A stretch of 36,307 nt of DNA, taken from contig NC_068985.1 of the NCBI RefSeq assembly GCF_001194135.2, forward strand, positions 50,612,426 to 50,648,732, read 5' to 3'. A model generated the notes under the pieces. That model searched no databases and was not told the origin of the DNA. It saw only the letters and a program-made list of their open reading frames with translations. The position numbers and the translations under genes were made by a program. The stretch's first letter is position 1. Every line of letters begins with the position of its first letter. The DNA is from Octopus bimaculoides (Eukaryota). Below are positions 20,461-33,214 of this stretch, piece by piece.

Positions 20461-20986
20461 GAATACATACACATATGTATGTATGCATATATGTATGTAC
20501 TATATATGCATGTATGTAGGTCTATTAGTGTATGACCTGTTGTTTTATGCCTGGTATAAAATAAAACTTTGCTTCATTGAAATATAGGTGTATATGCAAG
20601 GGAGAATTACGTAAAAAAAAAGGTAAAACAATGAGGAAACATTTAATTGGTCGAAATATGTATCAGTTTTTAATTGTTTTTGTTTCTATATACAACATAT
20701 ACAGCAATTCACAAATAACAAGGGCTCTTGTCACTGTCGCAGAGTATATTTTCATAGAACACACTGCCATTGCAACGCTCAGCAGCCTTATATTAAGATT
20801 AATATACTTTGCTTCTCATGTTTGTCTCTAAAGAGTGAATTTATTTAGTGAAGCTGTGAAGGAACATAAAAACGACTGTAGGAAAATAATTATTCAGTTG
20901 CTTTTACTGAAATGTTATTAAATGGAAGAAGCTGGGGTGAACAGGGCTTCTGAATCATCTAGATTACTTGTGCATTGGTTACTTGT

Positions 20987-21052
<66 letters not shown>

Positions 21053-21152
21053 GAAAGAGAGAGAGAGAGAGAGAGAGGTCGGTAGGTAGGTAGGTAGGTA
21101 GGTAGGTAGGTAGGTAGGTAGGTAGACACATACATACATACATACATACATA
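20987..21152. repeat. Four-part compound microsatellite (GATA)n(GA)n(GGTA)n(CATA)n
   Basis: Direct read. Confidence 0.97.
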
Positions 21153-21540
21153 CTGGGCGTCCACTCGTGACCGAGGAAGACCATTGCTGACCTTTAGAAT
21201 CATTGTGCGCTCCAGGACTAACTCAAGTTCCATCCAGATTTAGTAAAACAAAGTCTCTTTGTTTTTCGAGCGCAGGGTGGAAAACTGACCAGATATAGAA
21301 AGACAGGCAATTTTTGGTTCACCTTTTCTAGACCCTCCCCTGCCTCCGGGTGAGCAGTGCCCTCTCCAAATGGAGCTGCTCAGACACCCATGCAGCAACC
21401 GAATCCTATCGTTGTCTTGGGCGACATGGAGACGACTTTATATCTAGAATAGGCCGCCTACGTGCAAGTCTCTGACTACACGCTTCCAACCCGTCAGGTC
21501 TGCATGCTTCACCACCTTCCCATTGCCGCAGGACTTCCCA
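21128..21540 (-). mobile_element. Short non-autonomous RTE-related element (5'-UTR-like part fused to a 3' end, (TATG)n tail)
   Basis: Minus strand GAGCAGCTCCATTTGGAGAGGGCACTGCTCACCC...CTAGAAAAGGTGAACCAAAAATTGCCTG resembles RTE 5' UTRs. It ends ATGGTCTTCCTCGGTCACGAGTGGACGCCCAG(TATG)n, resembling RTE 3' ends. The family assignment is from recall. Confidence 0.55.
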
Positions 21541-21659
21541 ATAAAAATAAAATAAATATATACTAAAAATAAAGATACATATATAGAGGAGAAAAAAAAC
21601 AGCACATATCGAGCAGAGGTCAGCAATGCTTGTGTAGAGTTTTAGGTTCAATAAGGCTT

Positions 21660-22075
21660 GCACGAAACCTCATAGACCCTCTCCATTCTGTTGACATTAT
21701 CCAGAGACAAACCAGAGCGAGATGTCTGGTACTAATATGAGTCGCAGGCTCAGAAATGTGACAGCGCCATGATCTCTAGCACAAACCAAAGATCCCCAAA
21801 AGGTCTAATGCCATTCCCTGCACATCTGGTTTTATATCAGAGTGACCTTCTCCTAGAGACACGCTTCAACAGAGGCTGAGGGGTGCCTCACACCCGGTGG
21901 TCTTCTAGCACGCCGGACACCATCCCAGAATTTCTGCGTACCCGTGCTATTGCTAGATAGCCGTTGAGCTTGCACTAGGTTCATTCGATCTTTCAGCAGG
22001 TCTTATTTTTTATCCTACTGGGTTTCTAGCAACCCTCCTCACCAGGCTACCCTGGTGGGGGTGCCGGTTTAGTGT
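21660..22075 (-). mobile_element. GC-richer repeat resembling an RTE-clade 5' UTR
   Basis: Minus strand CTAAACCGGCACCCCCACC...GAGGAGGGTTGCTAGAAACCC...CTCTAGGAGAAGGTCACTCTGATATAAAACC; composition differs sharply from the flanks; no ORF. Confidence 0.45.
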
Positions 22076-22398
22076 GTGTGTGTGTGTATGTCTGCGTGTA
22101 TACGCGTGTGCCTTAATGTATACAGAGAAAGAGAGAAACAGAGAAAGAAAGAGAAAGGAGCAAACAGAATAGAGATTCAAATTATTGTTCCAATCTTGTA
22201 ATAAGACTCTTCTTTTAAAAGCAGAAACTTCTTATTTTTCAGAGTGGAAGCATCATGTTTTTAACGATAGTGTTGAGAAATATGTGTGTGTCTGAGTGCA
22301 CGCATATATCCTTACATGCAGAGGGAGAGAGGAGTGTGTTGCCAACCAAACATTTACGCTACGGATAGACAAAATTCCCAATCGTTATTATAATTATT

Positions 22399-22700
22399 CG
22401 GCAGCATGGCCGAATGGTTAAGAAATTTGCTATGCAGCCATGAGGTATCTTGAGAAGTATAATTTTTCATAGCCTTAGCGCGATCTACCTGGTAGGTGAA
22501 ACCGTGTGGGGTGGATTGTACAAGTAATTCAAAAACGGTACAGCCTTGTCATACACTATGTCACGCTGGTCATGCTTGAGATTCACATAAAACACCCGTA
22601 TCTGTAGAATGTTCAGCTATTTATACATTACTTCAAGAGTAGGTAATTCACTTAATCAAAAAAGGGGAACCCCCATCGCCGAACGACGGATATTCACCAC
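22399..22700 (+). mobile_element. Diverged SINE: tRNA A-box head with a deletion, family C-type body and tail
   Basis: GGCAGCATGGCCGAATGGTTAAG head. AGCCTTGTCATACACTATGTCACGCTG and GAACCCCCATCGCCGAACGACGGA match the reverse complement of 17701-17870. Confidence 0.7.
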
Positions 22701-23699
22701 CACCATCGTATGTACACACATACATATACATATCTCTGTTCGTATGAGTTTCTTGAAGTTTGGTTGTATATGCAACTTTAGCAGTCCTAGAAAAAGTATT
22801 ACTATATTTACCACGATTAGATTCTATTCGATCCGTAACTTTCTCTCATGAATCGCATTTACCATAATATCACCATAGTGACTATTCATTCCTTCATCTT
22901 CAATACATGTCTTACTAACATCACACTAACATACATACACAGATACATAGACAGAGAGTCATATCCACATCATCAAGACTATTTACATCATTTTAACAAT
23001 CACTAACGACAACTAGAATTGAAATCATCATGACACTGACATCCGTCGTGAATAAAAATACACTTATTACATCATAGTCATCTTCATCACTACTAACAAT
23101 ATTAAACAAAACTTCAGCAGTAACATGACCACAATAACAGTTAGACAAAATCAATAAATTACTTGGGCATGAACGTTTACAAAGCAAGATTGAGATTGCA
23201 ACGCGACTCGGTCATACGTCGCATAAGTAATTACACTCATAATGATTTCTTCTGAATGGGCACAAGGATAGTTGTACCCATTCAGAAGTTAATATAGTTG
23301 ATTGAACTAATCTGTATCTTACAATCATTTATTTTATCAACTTATAGTAGGATTTGAACTCTAAAATGATAATCAATGATGTAAAGGATACTGATAGGTG
23401 ATCTCCTATTTGCTGTATGCGTAACTTCAACGCTGCAGGGTTAATCCCTTTAGGCTGGAAATGAGGCATTTCATAAGCAGAATATGCTTAATTCATTAAA
23501 TATGATCTATTAACGGACTGGGATTTACTTTATCGACATTGACAAAGATCTAAATTTAGAAACGACATGCAAGTTATTTTCTTTGAAGTAAGTTCCAAAA
23601 CTAGTTAGAATCAAAATTACAATCGTAACATCTACTAAAAAAGATAACACATATATACTGCTACAAACAACAGCAAGATTAGAAAACCAAAGTGGAAGA

Positions 23700-23890
23700 C
23701 TTTACATGACACAGATATCCATTAAATTACGCCCGGCCATCTTCAAAGGAAATGCACACATTGAATAATGTAATCCTAGATATTCAATATACTTAGAGAA
23801 GGATGTGATAGTTATAAGTGAAACGCTTTTGATCACAGGTCTACCCTCAGTCAGAGTTGACTTGAGGCAAAGCATTACCAAAAACAATAT
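23700..23890 (+). mobile_element. Interspersed repeat family E
   Basis: ACATTGAATAATGTAATCCTAGA...TTTGATCACAGGTCTA...TGACTTGAGGCAAA is similar to 18185-18365 and 27570-27750. Confidence 0.55.
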
Positions 23891-25258
23891 CAAGATTTGT
23901 GGCCTCACATATTCTATGGCAATATATGCAACTGATATAGATCGACAAATAAAAAAAAACACTATAATTTAATCATGAACACTTGTTGAGTATGATTAGG
24001 GAGATAATCTATTCGCAATACAGTGCTTAACCTGAATTACATTGAGATAAAACTTAAAGAAGATTAACCTCACATTGTTTTAAATCTGAAGTTGACTTCA
24101 TAAGTTTTCGAGCTTTTATGGGTTTTTTTTTATTACTTTCTTCTTTTTTATTTTTTGTTCATTTCATAATCTGCAGGTCAGAGACATAATATTATAAGGT
24201 CACGATCGAATCTACAAGTGTCAGGTTACTACAGAATCTACAAGTTGTAAAGCCGGTGATCGTTATAAATGTTACAGGTTGCAGATTACAACAGGCTTTT
24301 CATTTTCTTTCTTATTTGTTTTTATATAGATCTGATCACCAGAATACTTTCCTGGCAAATTTCTCAACAAAAGACTTAAAGCCTTAATCCAGCATTGAGA
24401 TGTCTTTAATTGTCTCGTCTACTCATTCAAATTCTGTGGGTAAAAATGAATCCCACACAAACTACTCAAGAATTCTAGACAAACAGATTTTTGATACCCA
24501 ATAGCTGCATTATTTCTTCTTTTAATTCTTCCTTTAGATGTCTATGTTCAGAATTTCGAATTATCTTTATCATTTAAACCTGAAATTATGTTTCAACACG
24601 TGTATTTTCAACCTTTAATAATGTGGTAATAAATAGTCACATTCAGCTCATTCTTAATTTCTAACTTAACACATTTTTAAAATTACTTAGTTGTAAGAAA
24701 AGAAGTAGTGAATATAGATCAGGCAGTCCATCCGATGGATGCAATAGTCAATACAGTGGATGTTCAGCATGAATATCTAAAAGCCAGTGTTCGTGAGGAA
24801 ACGTGGAAAGGGAGTTAACAATGTTACAAATCTGAGAAGGAAAGAATCTATAAGTCGTTTAGAAGCTGGATCACGGTAGTTATAAGAAGAGGAGAGAAGA
24901 TAGATGAATTTAGTGACTTTGAGTGTTAAACAGTCGTGGTATCGGCGCACTTTTAGGTCTGTAGTCATATCTGCCTCATGCGTTGTAATCACTTAGGACA
25001 GTAAGTTTATCTTGGTTTGATACAGACCTTGACTTTCTCAAAGTTTTTCTTTTTGCGAGCGTAAGTACTGATGATGTTGGAGTCTGCTAGTAAATAGGTA
25101 AAATGGAGCGATGGAGCTAGTATAAGAAGTGGAAGCACCTTAATGAGAATTTTGCTTTCATCCGCTTCCAATTCCAGGACCAAATCCTACTTTGGATTTA
25201 ACTAAATACATAAATTAAAAACTAAATCATGAAAATATTTTTGCGCTTGACATACATA

Positions 25259-25262
<4 letters not shown>

Positions 25263-25324
<62 letters not shown>
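25263..25324. repeat. (GT)n microsatellite
   Basis: Direct read. Confidence 0.98.
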
Positions 25325-25327
<3 letters not shown>

Positions 25328-25613
25328 CTGCTTGTCTGTTTGTCTGTATGTATAAATTAAAAGAATTTTGTAAAACCCCATTAAATGTTTATTTTGTATT
25401 GTAGCGTTTGTGTTACCTATGAAGGAAAAAGCAAACTATTTGGAAAAAGAATTTGTCAGCCAATACTTTTGAAAAATCATTGGTGTCACAATTTTTCCTA
25501 TACACTTTACTGCATGTATGTCATGTAAATATCTCTAAAAGAAATACATATTCGAAGCAATATTCCATTATGATAAACATAAAATATGTCTATCATGATA
25601 TATATATATATCT

Positions 25614-25940
25614 GAGACACCCTTCGGTCATGACTGACTATGGGATTGCACCTAGAAAGTTACCCTCCGGGGCACAAATCCGGGCAAGGTTGTTTATGGA
25701 AGACCAGCAGTCGCCCATGCATACCGGCCTCCCCTCTCCACGCCACCAGTGTTTCCCACCAAGGGAAAAGCAAAGGCCAATACAGCTTAGCACCAGTGAT
25801 GTCGCAACTCATTTCTACAGCTGAGTGAATTGGAGCAACGTGAAATAAAGTGTCTTGCTCAAGAACACAACACGCAGCCCGGTCCGAGATTCAAGCTCAC
25901 AACCTCACGACCGTAAGCTCGACGCTCTAACCACTGAGCC
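25614..25940 (-). mobile_element. tRNA-headed SINE, family D; the head abuts a gap
   Basis: Minus strand GGCTCAGTGGTTAGAGC (A box) ... GAGCTTGAATCTC (degenerate B box), the same central TTCTTGAGCAAGACACT domain as family C, and a different 3' half ending CATAGTCAGTCATGACCGAAGGG plus (AT)n. Confidence 0.9.
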
Positions 25941-26113
25941 NNNNNNNNNNNNNNNNNNNNNNNNNNNNNNNNNNNNNNNNNNNNNNNNNNNNNNNNNNNN
26001 NNNNNNNNNNNNNNNNNNNNNNNNNNNNNNNNNNNNNNNNNNNNNNNNNNNNNNNNNNNNNNNNNNNNNNNNNNNNNNNNNNNNNNNNNNNNNNNNNNNN
26101 NNNNNNNNNNNNN
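25941..26113. other. Assembly gap (N)
   Basis: Run of N. Confidence 1.
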
Positions 26114-26151
<38 letters not shown>

Positions 26152-26391
26152 GACATATATGATAATAAACATAATATAACTGTGATATGAATTCTTTTTC
26201 ATTTAAATGCATAATTATTTCTTATGGTTGCCTGCAGCATTTATATTATAAATACGAACTTCATAACCGCTAACATCAACACCAAATTCACCATTATCCT
26301 ACCACCATCATCCAAAGCTTATAATATCATCGTCATTGAAAAGAAATTTTATGACATTGCCCTTCATTATACTTCAACAATAGTTTGATTA

Positions 26392-26488
26392 TCTTCTTCT
26401 TCTTCTTCTTCTTCTTCTTCGTCTTCTTCTTCTTCTTCTTCTTCTTCTTCTTCTTCTTCTTCTTCTTCTTCTTCTTCTTCTTCTTCTT
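26392..26488. repeat. (CTT)n microsatellite
   Basis: Direct read; it accounts for the poly-Glu ORF 26367..26609. Confidence 0.98.
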
Positions 26489-26931
26489 TCCCCCGCCGTT
26501 TTTTCTTTTGTATATTTTTTACAACAGAAATTAGGATAAGCTTTGCGATCCCGATTCTGATGACACTGAAGTTAATATTGTCTATCAGTCGGGTCACAGT
26601 GACACACAAGCAGCATCAACTATATCGATCGCGTCCTAAAATGATCATCTTTTGATCTCGATCACATGTCCACATGCCCGTGTTATGTCAACGCTTATCA
26701 TTTATTTAGCATTTTTCACCCACTCTCGACTCTCAACAACCCTCCGTATACTTCCTCATAATACCTATAAAATCATGCTCGATAATTAAATCGACGTTGT
26801 TTGCGCTTCATTTCATCTTCTGAACACTTATAATTTACTTTTGTGTTTGTTTTTGTGTGCACATATTTCAATGTTTTCATCTTCATGTGATTACGAGAGC
26901 GTGCACCGAATTAGGGCGTTTAAATGCAAGC

Positions 26932-26966
<35 letters not shown>

Positions 26967-27569
26967 TATACATCACTGGCGTGCCACGTGTACATACTTG
27001 TTTCAGTGAGTGGGTGTCCATGTCCAAATTTATGTGCAAGTATGCAAGTGTGCATTTATGCTTATCAATATGTTTGTGTATATATGTGTTTATGTTCGTA
27101 TATCCATTTCTGTGCGTTTATTTGCATGCGTTGTCTGCTTTTTGTAATTAGTTATCATCTTTTCTGTCCTCTAATCTGGACTTCCAATCCCTCTCAGTCG
27201 TTTATATCATCCACCACATGTCCTCGAAAGAGACAAAGTTTTACTGGTTAATCATTTTGAACAGAATGGCAGATTTTTCTCCTTAGATATTCAAACGAGT
27301 CAGAAATTACCTCGATAATAATGATTAGTTGACAGTTTATCCTGCTAGTCATATTTTTGTTGTTAGTAGAAACTTTAAATGATATCGTAAAAATAATGAA
27401 ATGAATTGGAAGATTCGCTGATACCAAACCTGCAACTCTAATTCCATTGATATTACCGATGCTGTTTAATTGGATATTTATGTCTAACTTTATATATATA
27501 TATATATTCTACTAAAGCAGACTTTTTAAAGTACTACACGATACACACTCGATCCAACATAAGATATTC

Positions 27570-27750
27570 TACTTGGTCACTCGGCCTACTAGAAAAGACA
27601 GCCAGATCTCTTTCAAACCACACACAATGCTCTACAAAGTAAGAAACATACATTAGATGCTATATCTAATAAACAAACTCAGGATGGTCGCGGCTACAAC
27701 ACTTTAAGTCATAGGACTGCGGGATCACAGTTCACATGCGATCTAATCAA
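27570..27750 (+). mobile_element. Interspersed repeat family E
   Basis: GGCCTACTAGAAAAGACAGCCAGATCTCTTTCAAACCACA...GGATGGTCGCGGCT...TCATAGGACTG...CAACAAC is similar to the other family E copies. Confidence 0.6.
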
Positions 27751-27983
27751 CAACTTGAAACACTTAAAGTGGTGTTTACAATACAGACGGTTAAAGCTTG
27801 AATTTGCTGAAGAATGTGGGAAATGCTTGATGCAGAATTTTGGTTGTTAATTGTCGGTAAACAGATATCTCATGATTTATAAATCTCATCGAAAAAATAA
27901 AAGAATTTCAAATTGATGTACATAGTTAATGGATTTCGTGGCTGCTGTTACTTAGCTTCAGGTCAAACATGACCGAACAGTAC

Positions 27984-27988
<5 letters not shown>

Positions 27989-28015
<27 letters not shown>

Positions 28016-28090
28016 ACAGACATACATATGCAAATACAAAATGTAAAGTACATAAAACTATAAATAGACAATATATATATATATATGTTG

Positions 28091-28124
<34 letters not shown>

Positions 28125-28143
28125 NNNNNNNNNNNNNNNNNNN

Positions 28144-28197
<54 letters not shown>

Positions 28198-28239
28198 CTA
28201 TATACATCGTCTTAAACTTTTCAGTCTTTGCTTTCTCTC

Positions 28240-28284
<45 letters not shown>
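27989..28284. repeat. Microsatellite cluster (GT)n, (AT)n, (CATA)n around a 19-nt gap (28125-28143)
   Basis: Direct read. Confidence 0.93.
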
Positions 28285-28286
<2 letters not shown>

Positions 28287-28559
28287 TAAATTTGTTTACG
28301 GGAAGCGTTTTGAATACGCAAATAAAGCTCATATTCTATTATTCCGGTCACAATGTCTAATGATGTTGACTAGTGAATCAGTTTTGGGGGTTGCATCGAG
28401 TTGTACCGATATAATTAATGTAGGATGACTCTAGTAATAATAACAATAATCCTTTAATGGAATTTATAAACATTTAAGGCATCGCTGCGCTCGTTTCCAC
28501 AAATTACATGTCACTTAAGTTCACAGTCCGTATTCCTGAGATGATTACAATGTAGTCCG

Positions 28560-30045
28560 TAGTATCCGTGGGCATCAGGTAGATCATCTTCATGGATTCA
28601 TTTCTTCAAGCGATATAACATTAATGGATGTTTACCAGAGAGATGTTTATCCCTTTTGACCAGTACGAAGGTTGGTTGAGTTATATGGGTATTTCTGTAT
28701 TCCATTGGTCATAAAATAGACTTTGCCCTGAACGTGATACACTGCACATGGTTTTTGCCATCTGTAAATTGCAAGAAAAATCCAGAGCACAACAGAACAC
28801 CGCGCCTTTAGTTCTACGACTTGCCCAAAGTTTTTGACAGCATATGCCGTACAACACCGTGGAAAATACTTCAGAAACGTGGCATTCAGAATTCCTTGCC
28901 GTCACCCACTCTCTTCAGGACAATATGGAGAGTTCAGTGCTATCAAAGAAATCGGCATTATCATCATTTAAGGTCAAAACTAATTTGAAATAAGCTGACG
29001 TTAATGCACTATTCTTTTTCTCACTATACCTGTCTTAATCATATAGTTGCTGTTAATAAAAACGTGATTTCTTCATAGGTAGAACTAAGAACCAGCTACG
29101 AAGCAGGTGTCTTTAATCGAGGCCGCTTATTGTGAAAGATTAATACATCAACCAACACCATTTCAGAAATACGTTATGAGGTTAGCAGGGCTGTATCCAT
29201 TCATAACCAAATCTATATCCAACAAATAAGTAACTCTTGGGTTTCAGCATATGACGTTACAGACTAACAGTTAACAGCAAGACTCACAACCTGCACCAGC
29301 TTTCTCCAAAGTTCATTCATCAAAACATCGAAATAATCATCAATGACAATCCGATTGAACGGGTCTCCTGCTTTCCTTACCTCGGTTCCAGCTTATCTTC
29401 AAATGCAACCATAGGCAATGAGATCAACAACAGGTTATGTGAATATGTACAGTTCGTACTGCGTATGGAATTTTTTATTAAAGAATCTCATGAACTACGG
29501 ACTCGAAACAAGTACCAAGCTGTCCGTAACAGATCAGTAATTATTCTTTTGAGACAAGAACTCTTTAATGACAACACATCAAACAGCTTGAATCAATCAA
29601 ATTTATGCTCACTTCATGGTATTATCTGGAAACAAAAGAATACTAAGACCTATACCTCAGGACAAGCATAAAAGATCGAGACGAGGATCATCAGACATCA
29701 GCTGCTCAGAGCTGGCTATGTTCAAAAGATGTACAATGAACGGCTACTGAAGATCATCTCAGACTTAGAGATGTTTTGAAGCAGAATCTCAAACTCTGCA
29801 ACATTCAGCCAAAGGCGTTCGACATTGCCGCAAAAGACAGAGAGCAACAGAAAAATCTCTGTCGTTTTGGCTGCGAATTCTTTGATCAGAACAAAAGAGT
29901 CAAGGAGCATCAGAGATGGCAAATGAAAAAGATGAGGCAATCCATCATCGGTGAAAAACTGTCAATCTTTCCGTGTAGGGAGTGTAGCAAAAGTTTTAAA
30001 CAAACCTGGATCTTCACAGTCACTTTCAAAGGCGAAATATAAGTA
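28560..30045 (+). mobile_element. Heavily decayed RTE-clade LINE (RT domain to C-terminal zinc finger)
   Basis: Fragments across frames: HMVFAICKLQEKSRAQ, YDLPKVFDSI...WKILQKRG, LQDNMESSV...FKVKTNLK, IERVSCFPYLGSSLSSNATIGNEINNRL, RLRDVLKQNLKLCNI...AAKDR, FPCRECSKSF. These are in the RTE ORF order (QEK.RE, DL.KAFD, YLGS, KD.LK, terminal C2H2). Confidence 0.85.
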
Positions 30046-30118
30046 ATTGAAGTGAAAAGGAAATTTATCGGATCGAGAAACTCAACAATGATATACATAC
30101 GTCTATGTAATATACATA

Positions 30119-30164
30119 ATGTATGTATGTATGTATGTATGTATGTATGTATGTATGTATGTAT
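30119..30164. repeat. (ATGT)n microsatellite
   Basis: Direct read; it lies just after the RTE 3' end. Confidence 0.97.
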
Positions 30165-31961
30165 AGTAAAAAAAATATCAATAGACGAAGCATTTAGTTT
30201 TGAACAAATACTTCACAATATTTTTTTAGTTAATTTTATTTGGCTACATATGATCGAATACATGCGTCAGTATGAATCTATGATTTGGTTATGTATATGT
30301 GTATGTAAAAGATTGTATGTGTGTATCGAATGCATACAAATGTATGTGTATTTGTTAAAATGTGTCTGTGCGCCTGTGATCAGTTTTGTGCCATGATACA
30401 TGCATACGTAAAATTTTATTTGACGACTATCTTTTTGTTAAACCTGTTGAGTGACTGGATAATAACAAGTCAAAAGTACTTAGAGGGCTTTAAACGCTGT
30501 TAATGATTGTCTTGTTAATAAAAAAATCGGATTACAGAAAATGCTTGTATTCTAAAAAAAATTAAGCATTTGGCTGAAAGCAATGTCAACATAACTGAAC
30601 AAATCATTTTACGACTGTGGGAACAGAGACATAATAATTGCATTCATTTCTCAATCCATTCTATAATGCAATCAACTAGTCCTGGATACTTATACAAAGC
30701 GCACGTAAATGTGTGCTGTGTGTGCGCGCGTGTGTGTGTGTGTGTGCGTGCGTGCGTCTGTGTATGTGCGTGTTACTGTCAGATTATTTTAAAATACTTG
30801 ACCTTCGTTCCATTATTGTACATGATAGCACAGAATTATGAATGGCATCATTTGTCACCTAACCAATACATTTATTTATATGAATTTCGTTTTCGGCTCT
30901 CAAATCAATGATAAAAAAGTGAACCTTTTCCCTTCAATAGTTTCCAACATACTAGAGCAAACACTCAGACAATCACTCAAGCCAACAGGACAAAATTTAT
31001 GGTACCTAATATTTCAGTGCTCGGATATATATTGCAATCGAGAAATAGTGGAAGTGATGCACAGCAGTGATTATTTGTGTCGGCATAATATACAAGGCAT
31101 TTAAGATATTTTTAAAACCGTGAAGTTTAATTTCAAAAACTTCGTCAGCGTTACTTTCAACTGTAAAGAACGAAGAGTGTACTTTGTATTATAATTAGTC
31201 AAACATACCGCATTGTTTAACTATCAATTTCTGTCAGAACATTAAATCCCGTATTTCTGCATGCACTATACTCTAGATATTTTTTACCTTGTGACTTGTT
31301 TTTATTCACATAAATTAAGCGGACATTTAAAGGTCATTGCTCTACTGACATTTAAGGTAGACATCAAGTAACTATGAGAGAACAACTGTGCAGCATTCCA
31401 TAGCCACCTCAACAACTTTATGAAACACTGGCAACGGTACAATTGTGGAGAAGAAAACTAGTAGAGCTCAATTAGCAACAATGTCTAAACAGAGTACAAC
31501 ACTCTCCGAAAAATAGAATTGCTGAATTTTTTCGACGCTCACTTACTGATCCTTAGGATATAAAATTGATATTTTTGGATTGGCTTTACTTACTAACCTC
31601 CAGGAAAAGCACGAACATCCTCATTTCTTGTTTGTTTCTCTGTTATTTATATATTCACGACTACTTATCGTTAATATTTTATACTGCCATAAATTAATGG
31701 AATTTTCTTATTCAAACTCCGTAACTCACAATGGGATGTGTGCAAAGTCGCTCGATTAATTAGAATTAGTAGCTATATTTCCCTCAGATTACTCCTTACC
31801 ATCTTAAAATGGACACAGAGAGTAATGTGAACATAATGCACCGTAACTGAAAAATAAAAATTTTTTTAAATACAAACGCTGGAATGCATTTTGATTGATC
31901 AGAGCCAACTGGAAAAAAAAAACAACAACAGCAATATATACACAGATTTAAATCCTTGTTA

Positions 31962-32863
31962 TTGGGTTGGCCTAAAGATTTGTTCGATTTTTATCGGCTC
32001 TAAATTTCAAGCCCTCTTCAGTATTTCCTTGCGCATGCACATTCGTTAGAAACTCAACACTTCAACGTAGTTCGATGCAGACTTGCGACGAGCCAAATTG
32101 TATTTTGCGTGCCTGGGATCACACTAAAAAGAGAGAGTCAAAACGAACATTGTCGATACTGCATGCTTCTTTTATATTTTCGAAACAAGGCAAGAAAGCG
32201 ACGGAAACCTGCAGGAAGATTTACGCTGTATACGGAGAGGATACTGTTACAGAACATGTATGCCAGAAACGGATTTTCAAGATTTCGATTTGGAAATTTT
32301 TCGGTTCAACATGCTCCTCGGTCTGACCGGCCGAAATTAACAGCGACAAAATGAAGGAAATACTTGACACCAGCCCCCAAAATACGACCAGAGTGATTCA
32401 GATACTCCACAAATATCCAAATCGAATGTTGGAAAACCATCTGCCTCAACTTGATTTCATCAACAGCCTCGATGTTTGGATCCTACTTCAATTGAATGAG
32501 GCTAACCTCGCCCAACGGATTTCCATCTGTGATTCGTTGCAGAAACGTAGAGAAAATTATCCTTTTTTTTTTTTTCTTTTCAAAGAGAGTGGGGACAGGA
32601 GATGAAAAATGTCGCCAATGATCGTGAGAGAAGCGCGGGAAACTACACAAAAATCTTCAAAGCAGGACTTCACTTGAAGAAGGTTATGCTTTCAATTTGG
32701 TGGGATTAGAAAGATATATTCTTCGAGCATAGAATAATGGATTTGCCCACAACATGGCAGGAGATACTAGAAGGAATATCATTGATTGAATAAACCACTT
32801 CGTCATTAAAACTTGTTTTATTTTCGTTTAAAAAAAAACCAACGAACTTTTTGGCCACCCCGA
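31962..32863 (+). mobile_element. Internally deleted mariner with both TIRs and TA target duplications
   Basis: TA|TTGGGTTGGCCTAAAGATTTGTTCGATTTTT at the left and AAAAACCAACGAACTTTTTGGCCACCCCGA|TA at the right (inverted). Transposase remnants are ESQNEHCRYCMLL, GKKATETCRKIYAVYGED, RFRFGNF, DVWI..QLNEANLAQRISICDSL, GTGDEK and AGLHLKKVMLSIWWD. Most of the catalytic region is deleted. Confidence 0.92.
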
Positions 32864-33214
32864 TAAATGCAGTTTTTAGCCATGATACCACTAAGATGTC
32901 TTTATTCTAATTTGATTCCCACTTGTAAATTTTAACGAACTAATTGCTTTAAACTTAGCTGGAATATCTAAGAAAACTAACTTTCGTCTACACTTTATAG
33001 AAGAATGGGAGCATTTATGAAGTATTAGTATAGATGTTTATTTAGTCGTCATGAGCTTCTAGATTTTTGAACTGTACGGAAACAACATGAGTTAAACGAC
33101 GCAAAACTTAATTTAAGAAATAAAAAGCGCCATCATTATAGTATCACCTGACATCTACCGGATGAATGTTTTCTCTTGTAAATATCATTGTGAATGAGAA
33201 TTCTGGAAGTTGTT

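Noticed and set aside
24720-25000. Possible CR1/L2 endonuclease remnant on the minus strand
   Set aside because: Only a vague resemblance; no intact GDFN or LDL motif could be read.
31120-31152. CTGACGA...GAAA on the minus strand as a hammerhead
   Set aside because: Stem II is not credible and there is no stem III/NUH or stem I pairing.
32005-32025. CTGAAGA...GAAA on the minus strand as a hammerhead
   Set aside because: Only 6 nt lie between the motifs, so stem II cannot form; the sequence lies inside the mariner 5' region.
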